From: Mobula hypostoma | Taxonomy: Eukaryota | Reading direction: 5' to 3' | NCBI RefSeq assembly: GCF_963921235.1 | Contig: NC_086097.1 | Span: 52,330,001 to 52,394,000 of the forward strand | DNA length: 64,000 nucleotides | Shown: positions 27,001-39,875 of the stretch, one piece after another | Layout of the letters: every line of letters starts with the position of its first letter | How positions within the stretch are numbered: position 1 is the first letter of the stretch | The notes under the pieces: generated by a model | What the model saw: the letters and a program-made list of their open reading frames with translations, nothing else | What the model was told of the DNA's origin: nothing | The model's database searches: none | Program-made: the position numbers and the translations under genes

Positions 27001-28457
27001 CATTGTTCACAATCAATATAGTATATTCCATTGTATTGCACAATCCCCTCAATCAATGAAGCTTAGAAAGTGAGAAGTCATAGAACAAGGACTGAGAGAG
27101 TTAGGTTGTGAATCAGATCATGTTCAACAAGAGAGTGAAAGAACTGGACTAAAAAGAAATGGTAAGAAATAAAATCTAAAACTTGAATTTGTCATTACTA
27201 ACATTTCAAACAATTTCCAAACATACAGAAACAAGATTTGCACCTTTGAACGCTCACTCCCTGGGCCAGTGAGATTGATTAAAAGGGAAAGTAAACCAGC
27301 CGTGATCAAATGGTGGAGCAGACTTGAAGGGCCAATTGGCCTAATTCTGCTCCTATGCCTCGTCTTGCGGTTTTGTTTGCCAGTCATTGACTGTATTCGA
27401 CTGGGCTGTATTCAGACAGCTGATTTACCCGCGTGGGTCAGCTGTGGGAGAAGCAAGCAATCTGATTCTCCAACCAAGGTGTGGTGAGGATGTCAGCTGC
27501 AACATAACATGCCAGGATACGCCTTGCTTTCTGTCAAAGTGGGATGCATTTTTTAAATTGTTATCTTGTCCTGTTTCAGATATGTATCCAAATTTCAAAA
27601 GCAATAAAGAACAGATTAAAATTTTCAAAAATAAAAATTAATGCATTGAAACACCAATATAAGAATTAAAAAGCATTAGCTGATTAATAAAATAATTTCT
27701 CTTTTGTCTCAGGTTTCAAGCTCAGGAATCTGTATTCATATAAAAGGCAAAGGATAGGGCAGTACCATAGTGTATGGTTAGCACATTGCTTTACAGCACC
27801 AGCGATCACCAACGTTGTTTAGTCCACCACTGCCTGCAAGGAGTTTGTGCATTCTGTCTGTGTCCTTTTTCTTCCATTTCAAAGATGTACAGTTAGGGTC
27901 TGTGAGTTATGCAGATGCTATGTTGGCATGGAGCTTGGTGACACTTGTGGGATGCCTATCACAACTTGTTTTGTTGCAAACAATGCATTTCACTGTTTGT
28001 GTTTCAATGTACATGTGATAAGTAAAGCTGAACTTATGGATAATAGAAATAGATTCCACTGTGTAATCCTGGGAAATTCAGGCAGATCCCGTCTCTGCCC
28101 TTATTCTCCACATGGAGTCTGATGCAGAGCCGGGTGACAAGACGGGTGTATCTAGAATGGTGGAAGTTTGGCATTAGCTGGGAAAGAACTTGCCTGGGAG
28201 CAGCTCAATTTCGTTGATTTCCTTCTGAATCACCTGACAAAGACAGTATACTTTGTTCAACATTAATAGGGATGCCTTCTCTGATGGCTACCTTTTAAGT
28301 GATGAGCAAATACAGCAACAACATAGCATATTTTGGGGGCTAGATGCAGAGTGGTTCAATTCATCCAGTGATTCACACCAATTTGTAATTCACAGTGTAT
28401 CCTTCTTCTCTCCCATTTGCTAACTGGTTTGCAAATAATAACATTACAGGTGTTATT

Positions 28458-28703
28458 CATAGTCATAGTCATACTTTATTAATCCCGGGGGAAATTGGTT
28501 TTCGTTACAGTTGCTCCATAAATAATAAATAGTAATAGAACCATAAATAGTTAAATAGTAATATGTAAATTATGCCAGTAAATTATGAAATAAGTCCAGG
28601 ACCAGCCTATTGGCTCAGGGTGTCTGACCCTCCAAGGGAGGAGTTGTAAAGTTTGATGGCCACAGGCAGGAATGACTTCCTATGATGCTCAGTGCTGCAT
28701 CTC
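28458..28703 (-). mobile_element. Rex1/Babar-type LINE 3' fragment (family A)
   Basis: Near-identical to 189-430, with the same tail. Confidence 0.85.
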
Positions 28704-28916
28704 AGACACCTTTTCTTGGTTTAAACGAGGAAGGTGCTGGAATGCCCAATAGATCCCAGGGATTCTTCCAAATTTGTTAATACCGAACAGGACTTGCCAC
28801 ATTAAGTCAGCAATATAAATCAGCTTCATCAAGATTACCTTAAAATATAACAGATCAAAAGTTAGATCTAGTAAAGGAATAGGAAGATCTGAGTTGCCTT
28901 GAAATAACCTGTCATA

Positions 28917-31055
28917 AAACGCAGGTTATGTCCCTAAATTATACACCATCCAAAAAATTGCAGGATACATACAATCTTAAGTGGGAAGCTAAATCATTAA
29001 AATATTTAGGAATAACCCTGCCGAAGGATCTTTCAACACTGTCACAGGTAAATTATGGGCCATTAATCTCAGAGATAAAAGCAGATATGCATAGATGGAA
29101 TCTTATCCCCTTTTTAAGTTTAAATTCAAGGATAAATACTATAAAAATGAATATTCTTCCTCGGTTATTATATCTTTTCCGTACTTTACCAGTGGAGGTG
29201 GATGATAATCAATTCAGGGAATGGGACAAATGGATTTCCCGCTTCATTTGGCAAGGAAGGAAACCTAGAATTCGATATAACACCTTACAGTTAGGGAAGG
29301 AAAGAGGAGGTATGGTTCTTCCTTGCCTGAGAAATTATTTTTATGCCTCACAGATAACCCCTCTGTTATATTGGTGTAATAGGGAATATAAGGCTAGATG
29401 GAAGGAAATAGAATTTGGATTAGTTGACAGTTTTCCTCTTCAGGCCTCAATAGCTGACAAAGGATTGATGGCCCAGTTGGAAAAATTTAATAATGCTTGG
29501 ATAAATCTTACATTAAAAGTATGGCAGAAGGTGGTTAATTCATGTGGAATTAATAACATGCTAAAACTCTTTAGATGGTGTGCATATGATACCGAATTCC
29601 TTCCCAACAGAGGAGATAAAAGATTTGAGCTATGGATAAAGAAAGGTCTTACAACCTACCTCTCATTTATAGATAAAAGAGTATTACAAAGTTTCCAAAT
29701 CCTGCAGGACAAACATGGCCTAGAACATAATGACTTTTTTGGGTACCTTCAAATACGAAACTATGTTAACCAGAGTTGTAGATATACAGACCTATCAACA
29801 GTAGAATTAGAATTTTTCAAGATTCTGAATTCGGCTTGCAGTTCAATACCTAGTAAATCAGTTTCTCGCCTATATAATGCACTCTCCCATGCTAAAAATG
29901 TAAATACACTGTATATTAAAGAGAAGTGGGAGAAAGAAGCGGGGTTGGTACTTTCAGAGGAGGCTTGGGGGAAAATCTGCAGCTTTCAATGGTCCTCAAC
30001 TAATTCTTTGACTTGGAGAGAACATTGTTGGAAAAACATTATAAGATACTTCAAGACCCCATATCAGGAAAAATATAAAGATACAAATGTGATGTGTTGG
30101 AGAAGGTGCGGCTCCAAGGAGGCAAATCATTTTCATATTTTCTGGGATTGCCCTAAATTAAGTCTATTTTGGGAAGGTATTCATAGAACATTAGTTAAGG
30201 TACTTGGGTCCCAGATACCTCTGAACTTTGAGACGCTCTATTTGGGGCATGTATTGTTCCTTGAACAGAAGGAAGATATAAAGTTGCTGCAGGCCCTCTT
30301 AGCGGCAAGTAAGAAATCAATCACGAGAAAATGGCTAAATCCAATACCACCTACATTAGAAGATTGGTACGAAATTATCTTGGAAATATTTAAAATGGAA
30401 AAGTTGACCTACTCCCTGAGAACTCAAAAAGAAACATTTTATCAAATCTGGAATAAATGGATTGAATATATAACCCCAATGCGAGCAGACTTTAGATGAC
30501 TCTCCTAATGATTTATATTGCTCTTCTCATCAACACAGTAATATTGCTAACGTAAGCACCCCTAGTCTAAATGTTTGTTGGGTTTTTTTTGGAAAATAGA
30601 GAATTAACACAAGTAAAGGGAAAGATTTGGGAAAGGGATAAAAAAAAAATGAAAAAATTAAGTAAATAAGTACATAGGGATTGGATAATTATGTCTGCGG
30701 GCAGGAACACGCACGAACAAATTGGGATATAAACACCTACAATGGTTGGTATATAGGCTTGTATGCAGCATTTTGGACCAGTGGAAATGGTCCAGAAGGG
30801 TTGTATGGAAACTATTATTACCATTTTTCTTAACAACTAATTTCATTACTTAGCCTAATAGGTTAGATTTACCACAGTACATAATTATCTATTTAAATGT
30901 TTATCTTCCTTTTATATCATCTCAATGTGTACTTAAGAATGTATAAATAATAGTAGTTTTATACATATAAAAAAATGGAAAAGGTTATATGTGTGAAAAA
31001 AGTACATGATAATTGTGAATTCCTTATCCAAATAAAAATAAAATTTAAAAAAAAA
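28917..31055 (+). mobile_element. Young 5'-truncated L1-clade LINE; uninterrupted 523-aa ORF2 C-terminus at 28928-30499
   Basis: KYLGITL, RINTIKMNILPRLLYLF, GGMVLP and zinc knuckle CWRRCGSKEANHFHIFWDC. AATAAA at 31031, A-tail, perfect 16-bp TSD GAAATAACCTGTCATA at 28901-28916 and 31056-31071. Confidence 0.95.
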
Positions 31056-31741
31056 GAAATAACCTGTCATATTACAGTATTGCAATTCAATTATAACAGT
31101 TTAACCACAGCCTTTCAATAAAAACAAATATTGTTAGAACAACACAGTGGGTTAGGCAGCATCTGTGGAAAGAAACAATTAATATTTCAGGTAGGGAACC
31201 ATTGTCAGAAATGAATCGTAATATCAATGGCTCTGTTAATTCAAAAAAAAAAGTAGAGCAGTGTACCTCTGTCTCTTCTCTGTCATTGGGATTGAGTTCA
31301 ATTTCTTAATCCTTATCATAGCAATTCCTTCATGTTTCTTTATATTGTGATATTCTGCTTTCAAGATGCAAAAACATACTTTCCTCTATGGCAAATGGTA
31401 TTGCAGTGTGATACAGGTAGGGTTTATAGCATTTTTTACTGTTACTATCACTGTTGATATTATTTCCAATAATTCCTTCTCTTGTCTACCAAGGTATATG
31501 CATGTAGTGAGCAGAGTTGCTCTCTCACATGTGAAGCCATTTTGGTTGAGAAGCATCTTGTGCTTAAAGCTTCTCAGATAACATGGTAGTAGAAGTATAT
31601 ATATGTTGCTCAGGTGGGATGTCAAAGTCAGCAAAGTTTGATTCATCGGTTTTCGCTGAAGAAAATTACATTATGCCATACTTGTATATTTCATTTAAAA
31701 TTACTTTCTACATGTTTTGTGTTTCATTCGCCAGAGATCAA

Positions 31742-31828
31742 ATGGCCAGCAACAACACAGCAAGCATAGCACAAGCCAGGAAGATGGTGGAACAACTGAA
31801 AATGGAAGCCAACATTGACAGAATAAAG
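31742..31828 (+). CDS. GNG2: G protein subunit gamma-2, first coding exon ([29 protein letters not shown])
   Basis: Translation matches the vertebrate GNG2 N-terminus as recalled. Acceptor ttcattcgccAG ends at 31734, ATG at 31742, phase-0 donor AAG|gtgag at 31829. Confidence 0.97.
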
Positions 31829-33903
31829 GTGAGAACGTCAGAATCCCCACTTACCAAACATTGGATAATAACACCAGGTTTAATTTGGAAAAAGGAATTT
31901 CCAAGATCTAATTTGACTGCATTAGAAGAATGACTTGCAATGTAGTTAATGTATTAGTCAGTCCATTTGTGGTGAGATTTGTAGTCTGCTTGGCACTAAG
32001 GTGAGGATATTTTATGGAAAATCAGAAATCATTGGAGACAGTGATTGGTTTACATATTGTTTCCTCAGCGATCTACTGTAAAATGATACCTTCATGTTTT
32101 TCTATCAGGTTAGCTGGATAACTGACAATTAACCTTACTGAAAGACATGAAGATATCATTTTGTGTACTTTTGTGGCAGACATTTGATATGTAACATTAA
32201 AATACTCCAGTGTGAAAATACAGTATAAACACTTTTATTTGCAAGTTTATCTAAAAATGTGACTTTAAAGCTGCAAAATAATCAAATAAATAAAATATTG
32301 CTTAATAATTTAGTTGTATATTGAAGCAGATTTTACAGTTCCCAGAAAAAAAGAATCTGTGAACTACTGGGATTACCAGAAATGGCACATCACATGACAC
32401 AGTGTAACCACCAAAAAGGAGAAACCTGTTTACTTATAATGCTTTCAGTTTTTATTAATATTACAACTTTGCTGTGCTTCTCCTAATACCCAACTTTTAA
32501 AATTACATTTCACATTATCAGTGATAAAAAGGACTGACCAGTTAATGCATATGTGAAGTTTTCCCACTGATGGAAGCATATTCTGGAGGTAGGTAAGCAG
32601 CCAAAGCCCGCAGCCCTACTTACTGGGTTAGCACACCCAATGATTTCAACTCCATTGTAATTGACATTCATTATAATACTCAAACTATGTCAATTGAAAG
32701 CAGAGAGAAGATTGATTATAAAACATAGACTTGACACTTTACTAAACATGTACAGGCTTAATCACAAAGGATAAAATGAATGCCAGTAGCTGCCAAGTAA
32801 AACCTGACTATAGTGATATTTGATTAATCACAAGTTTAGAATTTTAGGGAAATTGCTTTGTTAAATTGGGATAAAGTTATAAGGTTTGTCCAGTTAGAAA
32901 ATAAGTAGAATTATGAAGCCAGTTTGACTTAAACACAATGAATCACAATTCAATTTTAAAATTACAGTTAAGAAGGAAACCAACAGAAGAGGAAGTTCAG
33001 CACTTTTGCACGTCATTGTTGATCATGAATATGTAAAAATAATTCTTTGCACAATAGCATGTATAATGGCATATGATATATAGCACAAAACTACTTTCCA
33101 AAATGTATTTTATATAAATTAATTTAACACAGATATCTGAAGTTGCTTGTTTGCCATAACGTCATGAGATGTACAAAGCAGTATGTCCAATAGGAGGAGA
33201 ATGAACATGACCCAGCCTTCGAGCTGTGCAATCACATTGGAGAGAGGACACATGGGTAGCTTGTATCCATGCGTTTATGAGGAAGTGGTTTGATTTTACA
33301 TTCCTACTTCCTCAATTACATATCAATCCCAGCTACTGTTGGTGTAAACATCTACCCTAACAGTTTAGAGCACATCTCAAAACCTGTTGACCAAATCCTT
33401 TCTTGGAACATCCTCAGTAAATGTGGTTTGGAGTCAAAGTCATGTGGATAGAATAGGATAGATTCTAGGATCAAAGCTGAATAAAGCTGAAGATCGTAGC
33501 TCTATTCAAAATGAAACACAGAGGAAGAAAATGAGCTAAAATATTCTGGATCTTTGGCCTGACCAGCATCTCCTTCAAGTTCTGCTTCCTAATTAGCAAA
33601 ATTAAGTCATGCAATTACACTTATATTTTTGTATACGTTACAGAATCCTGTAATATGGCTCAACTAGATTACAGTTTACATTTCAGTGGCTTTTTGCATG
33701 TTCTGTTTGTTCCCTTTTCAGGATCTGCATATTGCTGGTGGTGCCAGCATTTATTGTTGGCCCCTAATGGCCTTTGACAGGGTGATAATGACCTTTCACT
33801 TTAAGCCACTGCAGCCATAGTAACGGTACTCTCATATTGCTGTTGGTTAGAGGTTCCTGACTTTACACCTAATGACAATTTCAGTTAGGGTGATCTGCCT
33901 CTA

Positions 33904-34361
33904 AAGCCTGATTTATACTTCTGCGTCAAATGTAAGCCGTACCCTACACCATAGGGTGATGTGCACCTCCCCAAAAAAGTAACTCACGCGTCGTGGCAAC
34001 GCAGACTGCAGCAACTGTGATTGGTCCGCTTGGTAGCATCGCATTTCCTCTTATGCATTTCTGGTTGCTTTTCTCCGCCTTGTCTGTACACTGATGCGAA
34101 ATAAATGGTTGGAGACGATGAACCAAATCATCAAATCTACCTGCCGACATCCTAAAATATTTGAAATGCATTTCCTCATCCATGTCTCTCACGAAGAAAC
34201 TCAACACAGTGGCATAGAAACACCACCGCCAACTAGCATTTTGGCAGAGAATTGCAGAGCGACGCAGACACAACAACTCATGCTTGCTACGGCTTGGGGC
34301 GACACAGAAATATAAGTCAGGCCTACGGCGTAGCCCGTACGCACAAGTATAAATCAGGCTT
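33904..34361 (-). mobile_element. Internally deleted PIF/Harbinger-type DNA transposon (MITE-sized)
   Basis: ~23-bp TIRs aagcctgatttatactt(c/g)tgcgt with one mismatch, TA/TAA flanks. Internal remnant [27 protein letters not shown] resembles the Harbinger transposase N-terminus. Confidence 0.8.
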
Positions 34362-34722
34362 TAAGGGAGGATTTGGTAATGTTCCAATGCAACTGTTAAC
34401 CCTCGTCTCCCTTAGTTATAAAGTTTGAAGTTTGGGAGATGCTATTTGAATAGCATTGGTGAGTAACTGCAATAAATTTTCAAGATGGCTCATACTGCAG
34501 CCATGATGCATTTATAGTGACTTACTATATACGCACGATCTTATAATGCATGTTGGCACCTTAGAATCCATGAACCTACTTCCTTTCTCCAGCTCTTAAT
34601 GAAGCAGTGTTCTTCTCCTGTTTTGCTGTAATAGAGAAGTAGGAGATGTATTGGACCATCAAGGTTGTAAGATGTAGTGGTATACACTCTGCTGCTTATC
34701 CTTCACGCTACCTCATGCATCC

Positions 34723-37700
34723 CTATTGGGGGTATTCTATAGGCCCCCTGGTAGCAGCAGAGATACAGAGGAGCAGATTGGGAGCCAGATTTTGGAAAGG
34801 TGCAAAAAAAAAACAAGGTTGTTATCATGGGCGACTTTAACTTCCCTAATATTGATTGGCACCTGATTAGTTCCAAGGGTTTAGATGGGGCAGAGTTTGT
34901 TAAGTGTGTCCAGGACGGATTCCTGTCACAGTATATAGACAGGCCAACTAGGGGGAATGCCATTCTAGATCTAGTACTAGGTAATGAACCGGGTCAGGTC
35001 ACAGATCTCTCAGTGGGTGAGCATCTGGGGGACAGTGACCACCGCTCCCTGACCTTCAGCATTATCATGAAAAAGGATAGAATCAGAGAGGACAGGAAAA
35101 TTTTTAATTGGGGAAGGGCAAATTATGAGGCTATAAGGCTAGAACTTGCAGGTGTGAATTGGGATGATGTTTTTGCAGGGAAATGTACTATGGACATGTG
35201 GTCGATGTTTAGAGATCTCTTGCAGGATGTTAGGGATAAATTTGTCCTGGTGAGAAAGATAAAAAATGGTAGGGTGAAGGAACCATGGGTGACAAGTGAG
35301 GTGGAAAATCTAGTCAGGTGGAAGAAGGCAGCATACATGAGGTTTAGGAAGCAGGGATCAGATGGGTCTACTGAGGAATATAGGGAAGCAGGAAAGGAGC
35401 TTAAGAAGGGGCTGAGAAGAGCAAGAAGGGGGCATGGTGAGTAGGGTAAAGGAAAACCCCAAGGCATTCTTCAATTATGTGAAGAAAAAAAGGATGACAG
35501 GAGTGAAGGTAGAACCGATTAAAGATAAAGGTGGGAAGATGTGCCTAGAGGCTGTGGAAGTGAGCGAGGTCCTCATTGCAACACACACAAAAGTTGCTGG
35601 TGAACGCAGCAGGCCAGGCAGCATCTCCAGGAAGAGGTGCAGTCGACGTTTCAGGCCGAGACCCTTTGTCAGGACTAACTGAAGGAAGAGTGAGTAAGGG
35701 ATTTGAAAGTTGGAGGGGGAGATCCAAAATGATAGGAGAAGACAGGAGGGGGAGGGATGGAGCCAAGAGCTGGACAGGTGATAGGCAAAAGGGATACAAG
35801 AGGATCATGGGACAGGAGGTCTGGGAAGAAAGACAAGTGGGGGGGACCCAGAGGATGGGCAAGGGGTATATTCAGAGGGACAGAGGGAGAAAAAGGAGAG
35901 TGAGGGAAAGAATGTGTGTATAAAAATAAGTAACAGATGGGGTACGAGGGGGAGGTGGGGCATTAGCGGAAGTTAGAGAAGTCGATGTTCATGCCATCAG
36001 GTTGGAGGCTACCCAGACGGAATATAAGGTGTTGTTCCTCCAACCTGAGTGTGGCTTCATCTTTACAGTAGAGGAGGCCGTGGATAGACATGTCAGAATG
36101 GGAATGGGATGTGGAATTAAAATGTGTGGCCACTGGGAGATCCTGCTTTCTCTGGTGGACAGAGCATAGGTGTTCAGCAAAGCGGTCTCCCAGTCTGCGT
36201 CGGATCTCGCCAATATATAAAAGGCCACATCGGGAGCACCGGACGAAGTATATCATCCCAGCCGACTCACAGGTGAAGTGTTGCCTCACCTGGAAGGACT
36301 GTTTGGGGCCCTGAATGGTGGTAAGGGAGGAAGTGTAAGGGCATGTGTAGCACTTGTTCCGCTTACACGGATAAGTGCCAGGAGGGAGATCAGTGGGGAG
36401 GGATGGGGGGGACGAATGGACAAGGGAGTCGCGTAGGGAACGATCCCTACGGAATGCAGAGATAGTGGGGGAGGGAAAGATGTGTTTAGTGGTGGGATTC
36501 GTTCACCAGCAACTTTTATGTGTGTTGCTTGAATTTCCAGCATCTGCAGAATTCCTGTTGTTTGAGGTCCTCATTGAATACTTCTTCGGTATTCACCAAT
36601 GAGAGGGAACTTGATGGTGAGGACAATATGAGTGAGGTTGATGATCTGGAGCTTGTTCACACTAAGGGACTGGGAGGTGTTGGAGTTGTTGAAATACATT
36701 AGGACGGATAAGTGCCCGGGGCCTGACAGAATATTCCCCAGGCTGCTCCACGAGGCGAGGGAAGAGATTGCTGAGCCTCTGGCTAGGATCTTTATGTCTT
36801 CATTGTCCACAGGAATGGAACTGGAGGATTGGAGGGAGGCGAATGTTGTCCCCTTGTTCAAAAAAGGTAGTAGGGATAGTCTGGGTAATTATAGACCAGT
36901 GAGCCTTACGTCTGTAGTGGGAAAGCTGTTGGAAAAGATTCTTAGAGATAGGATCTATGGGCATTTAGAGAATCATGGTCTGATCAGGGACAGTCAGCAT
37001 GGCTTTGTGAAGGGCAGATCGTGTCTAACAAGCCTGATAGAGTTCTTTGAGGAAGTGACCAGGCATATAGATGAGGGTAGTGCAGTGGATGTGATCTATA
37101 TGGATTTTAGTAAGGCATTTGACAAGGTTCCATACGGTAGGCTTATTCAGAAAGTCAGAAGGCATGGGATCCAGGGAAGTTTGGCCAGGTGGATTCAGAA
37201 TTGGCTTGCTTGCAGAAGGCAGAGGGTCGTGATGGAGGGAGTAACATTCAGATTGGAGGATTGTGACTAGTGGTGTCCCACAAGGATCTGTTCTGGGACC
37301 TCTACTTTTCGTGATTTTTATTAACGACCTGGATGTGGGGGTAGAGGGGTGGGTTGGCAAGTTTGCAGATGACACAAAGGTTGGTGGTATTGTAGATAGT
37401 GTAGAGGATTGTCAAAGATTGCAGAGAGACATTGATAGGATGCAGAAGTGGGCTGAGAAGTGGCAGATGGAGTTCAACGCAGAGAAGTGTGAGGTGGTAC
37501 ACTTTGGAAGGACAAACTCCAAGGCAGAGTACAAAGTAAATGGCAGGATACTTGGTAGTATGAAGGAGCAGAGGGATCTGGGGGTACATGTCCACAGATC
37601 CCTGAAAGTTGCCTTACAGGTGGATAGGGTAGTTAAGAAAGTTTATGGAGTGTTAGCTTTTATAAGTCGAGGGATAGAGCTTGAGAGTCGTGATGTAATG

Positions 37701-38255
37701 ATGCAGCTCTATAAAACTCTGGTTAGGCCACACTTGTAGTACTGTGTCCAGTTCTGGTTGTCTCACTATAGGAAGGATGTGGAAGCATTGGAAAGGGTAC
37801 AGAGGAGATTTACCAGGATGCTGCCTGGTTTGGAGCGTATGCATTATGATCAAAGATTAAGGGAGCTAGGGCTTTATTCTTTATAGAGAATTCTTTATAT
37901 TCTTTATTCTGATAGAGGTGTACAAGATATTAAGAGGAATAGATAGAGTGGATAGCCAGCGCCTCTTCCCCAGGGCACCACTGCTCAATACAAGAGGACA
38001 TGGCTTTAAAGTAAGGGGTGGGAAGTTCAAGGGTGATATTAGAGGAAGGTTTTTTACTCAGAAAGTGGTTGGTGCGTGGAATGCACTGCCTGAGTCAGTG
38101 GTGGAGGCAGATACACTAGTGAAGTTTAAGAGACTACTAGACAGGTATATGGAGGAATTTAAGGTGGGGGGGTTATATGGGAGGCAGGGTTTGAGGGTTG
38201 GCACAACATTGTGGGCTGAAGGGCCTGTACTGTGCTGTACTTTTCTATGTTCTAT
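34723..38255 (+). mobile_element. Young CR1 LINE, 5'-truncated in the endonuclease and interrupted by a PLE
   Basis: EN (MGDFNFPNIDW, GDSDH), RT (YRPVSLTS, DFSKAFDKV, GVPQGSVLG, KFADDTK) and 3' tail ttctatgttcta. Possible short TSD ATCCC. Confidence 0.95.
35579..36563 (-). mobile_element. Penelope-like element with inverted terminal piece, 13-bp TSD
   Basis: GIY-YIG ORF (GMIYFVRCSRCGLLYIGE...RFAEH). Hammerhead-like motif at 35641-35676 (-; core reads CTGACAA). Inverted end 36500-36563. TSD GAGGTCCTCATTG at 35566-35578 and 36564-36576. Confidence 0.93.
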
Positions 38256-39444
38256 CCCAGTGTTAAGTTGCCAGATGTATACACGAGTTTACTTCTTTTT
38301 GCATAGTGGTAGTGCTACATAACATGATAAAAGTTATCTTTGGTGTGAAGACAAGACTTTATCAGCACAGGAAATTCTGTAGTAATAACATTGCCTGGAC
38401 AAATAAATTTAGAAAGTTGGTTGCTGACTGGTATAAGGATTTTTTTGAAGGAAAAACTAAAATTTTGCAGATGTGGAAAATTTGAAATAAAACATAAAAT
38501 GCTGGAAATACTCAGCGGGTCAGGCAGTATCGATGGGGAGGGAAAACATCTGACTTGATAAAATTTCATGGCAAAGCCATTACTTGTTGGCTAGATGATC
38601 AAACGATATCAAGAGCCCAAAACATCAGCCTTTCTGCTTCCTCAAATGCTGCTTGACACCAAATTCTTCTGGTGATAGTTTATTTGGTTCCTGATTCCAG
38701 CAATCTATCAATTGGCATTACCTGTAAGGAAAGAAAGAAGACAAAAGAACAGTAGAGATAAACTTGGAAACTATCTTTCTCTGCGACTTGGGCTGTTCTC
38801 TCAGTGCAGATCAGTAGGGTCAGCACTAAATTTATTTCAGGTTTCGGTATTCCGTCTAACTGACTAAAATATAATTCTTACTTCAGTACAAAGTGCCTGG
38901 ATAAAACTAAAGTAGCTTCTACTGATTTCAATCTAGAAGTATTTAATGAGGTATGTTGGAACTGCACCTAAAGATGAGGTTTACTGATGAATAATCTATA
39001 TTATGATGTAGGTTGATAGAACCACTTACTTGATCTTCTATAATAACAATGGAAAACGCAGGAAAGACGCAGCTGATCACAATTGTGGAAAAAGAAACAG
39101 AGTTTAATATTTCAGCTCAAAGACCTTTCATCACCTAATAGTTTGACAACATTGACATATAAATGACAGAGTAAACAGAACTCAAGTTTAAATTCTATCT
39201 AAAAGTTGCCTTTTTGAGAGTGTAGCAACCTCAGGTCCATAGTAGCACTTGTGATGCTTGGGCATATGTTGTATTGAGAAAAGTTGTTTCATATGAATAA
39301 TGCTGATTCACCATTTTATAAAGAGATAGCTTTGACAATCTCTAGTGGAAAATTGGTGATTAACTCTGGTCATTCATTGTTGTGAATAATTTATATCAAG
39401 TTAAACCCAGCCTAAAAGCAGAAGCACAATAACCTAAATTTTAA

Positions 39445-39729
39445 GCACAGCTTCAGAATTCAAAGATATTCATTTATAGCAAAGAGAAGAAGCAATATCT
39501 TTAGCCATAGAGTGGTGAATCTGTGGAATTTATTACCACAGATACCTGTGGAGACCAAGTCACACTTAAAGCAAAGGTTGATAGGTTCTTGATTAGTATG
39601 GGTGTCAAAACACTGTGAGGAGAAACCAAGAGAATAAGGTTGGTAGGGATAATAAATTTGCCATGATGTAATGGCTGAGCAGACTTGATGGGCTGAATGA
39701 CCTGATTCTGCTCTTGTGTCTTATGATCT
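39445..39729 (+). mobile_element. Old CR1 3' fragment abutting the GNG2 last-exon splice acceptor
   Basis: tttagccatagagtggtgaatctgtggaatt...gcagacttgatgggctgaatgacctgattctgctc...tcttatgatct aligns with the CR1 ends at 12780-13010 and 48660-48887. Confidence 0.85.
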
Positions 39730-39731
39730 AA

Positions 39732-39875
<144 letters not shown>

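Noticed and set aside
31583..31933. 116-aa ORF containing the GNG2 N-terminus
   Set aside because: Only 31742-31828 is exon. The flanks are intron, bounded by canonical AG and GT splice sites.
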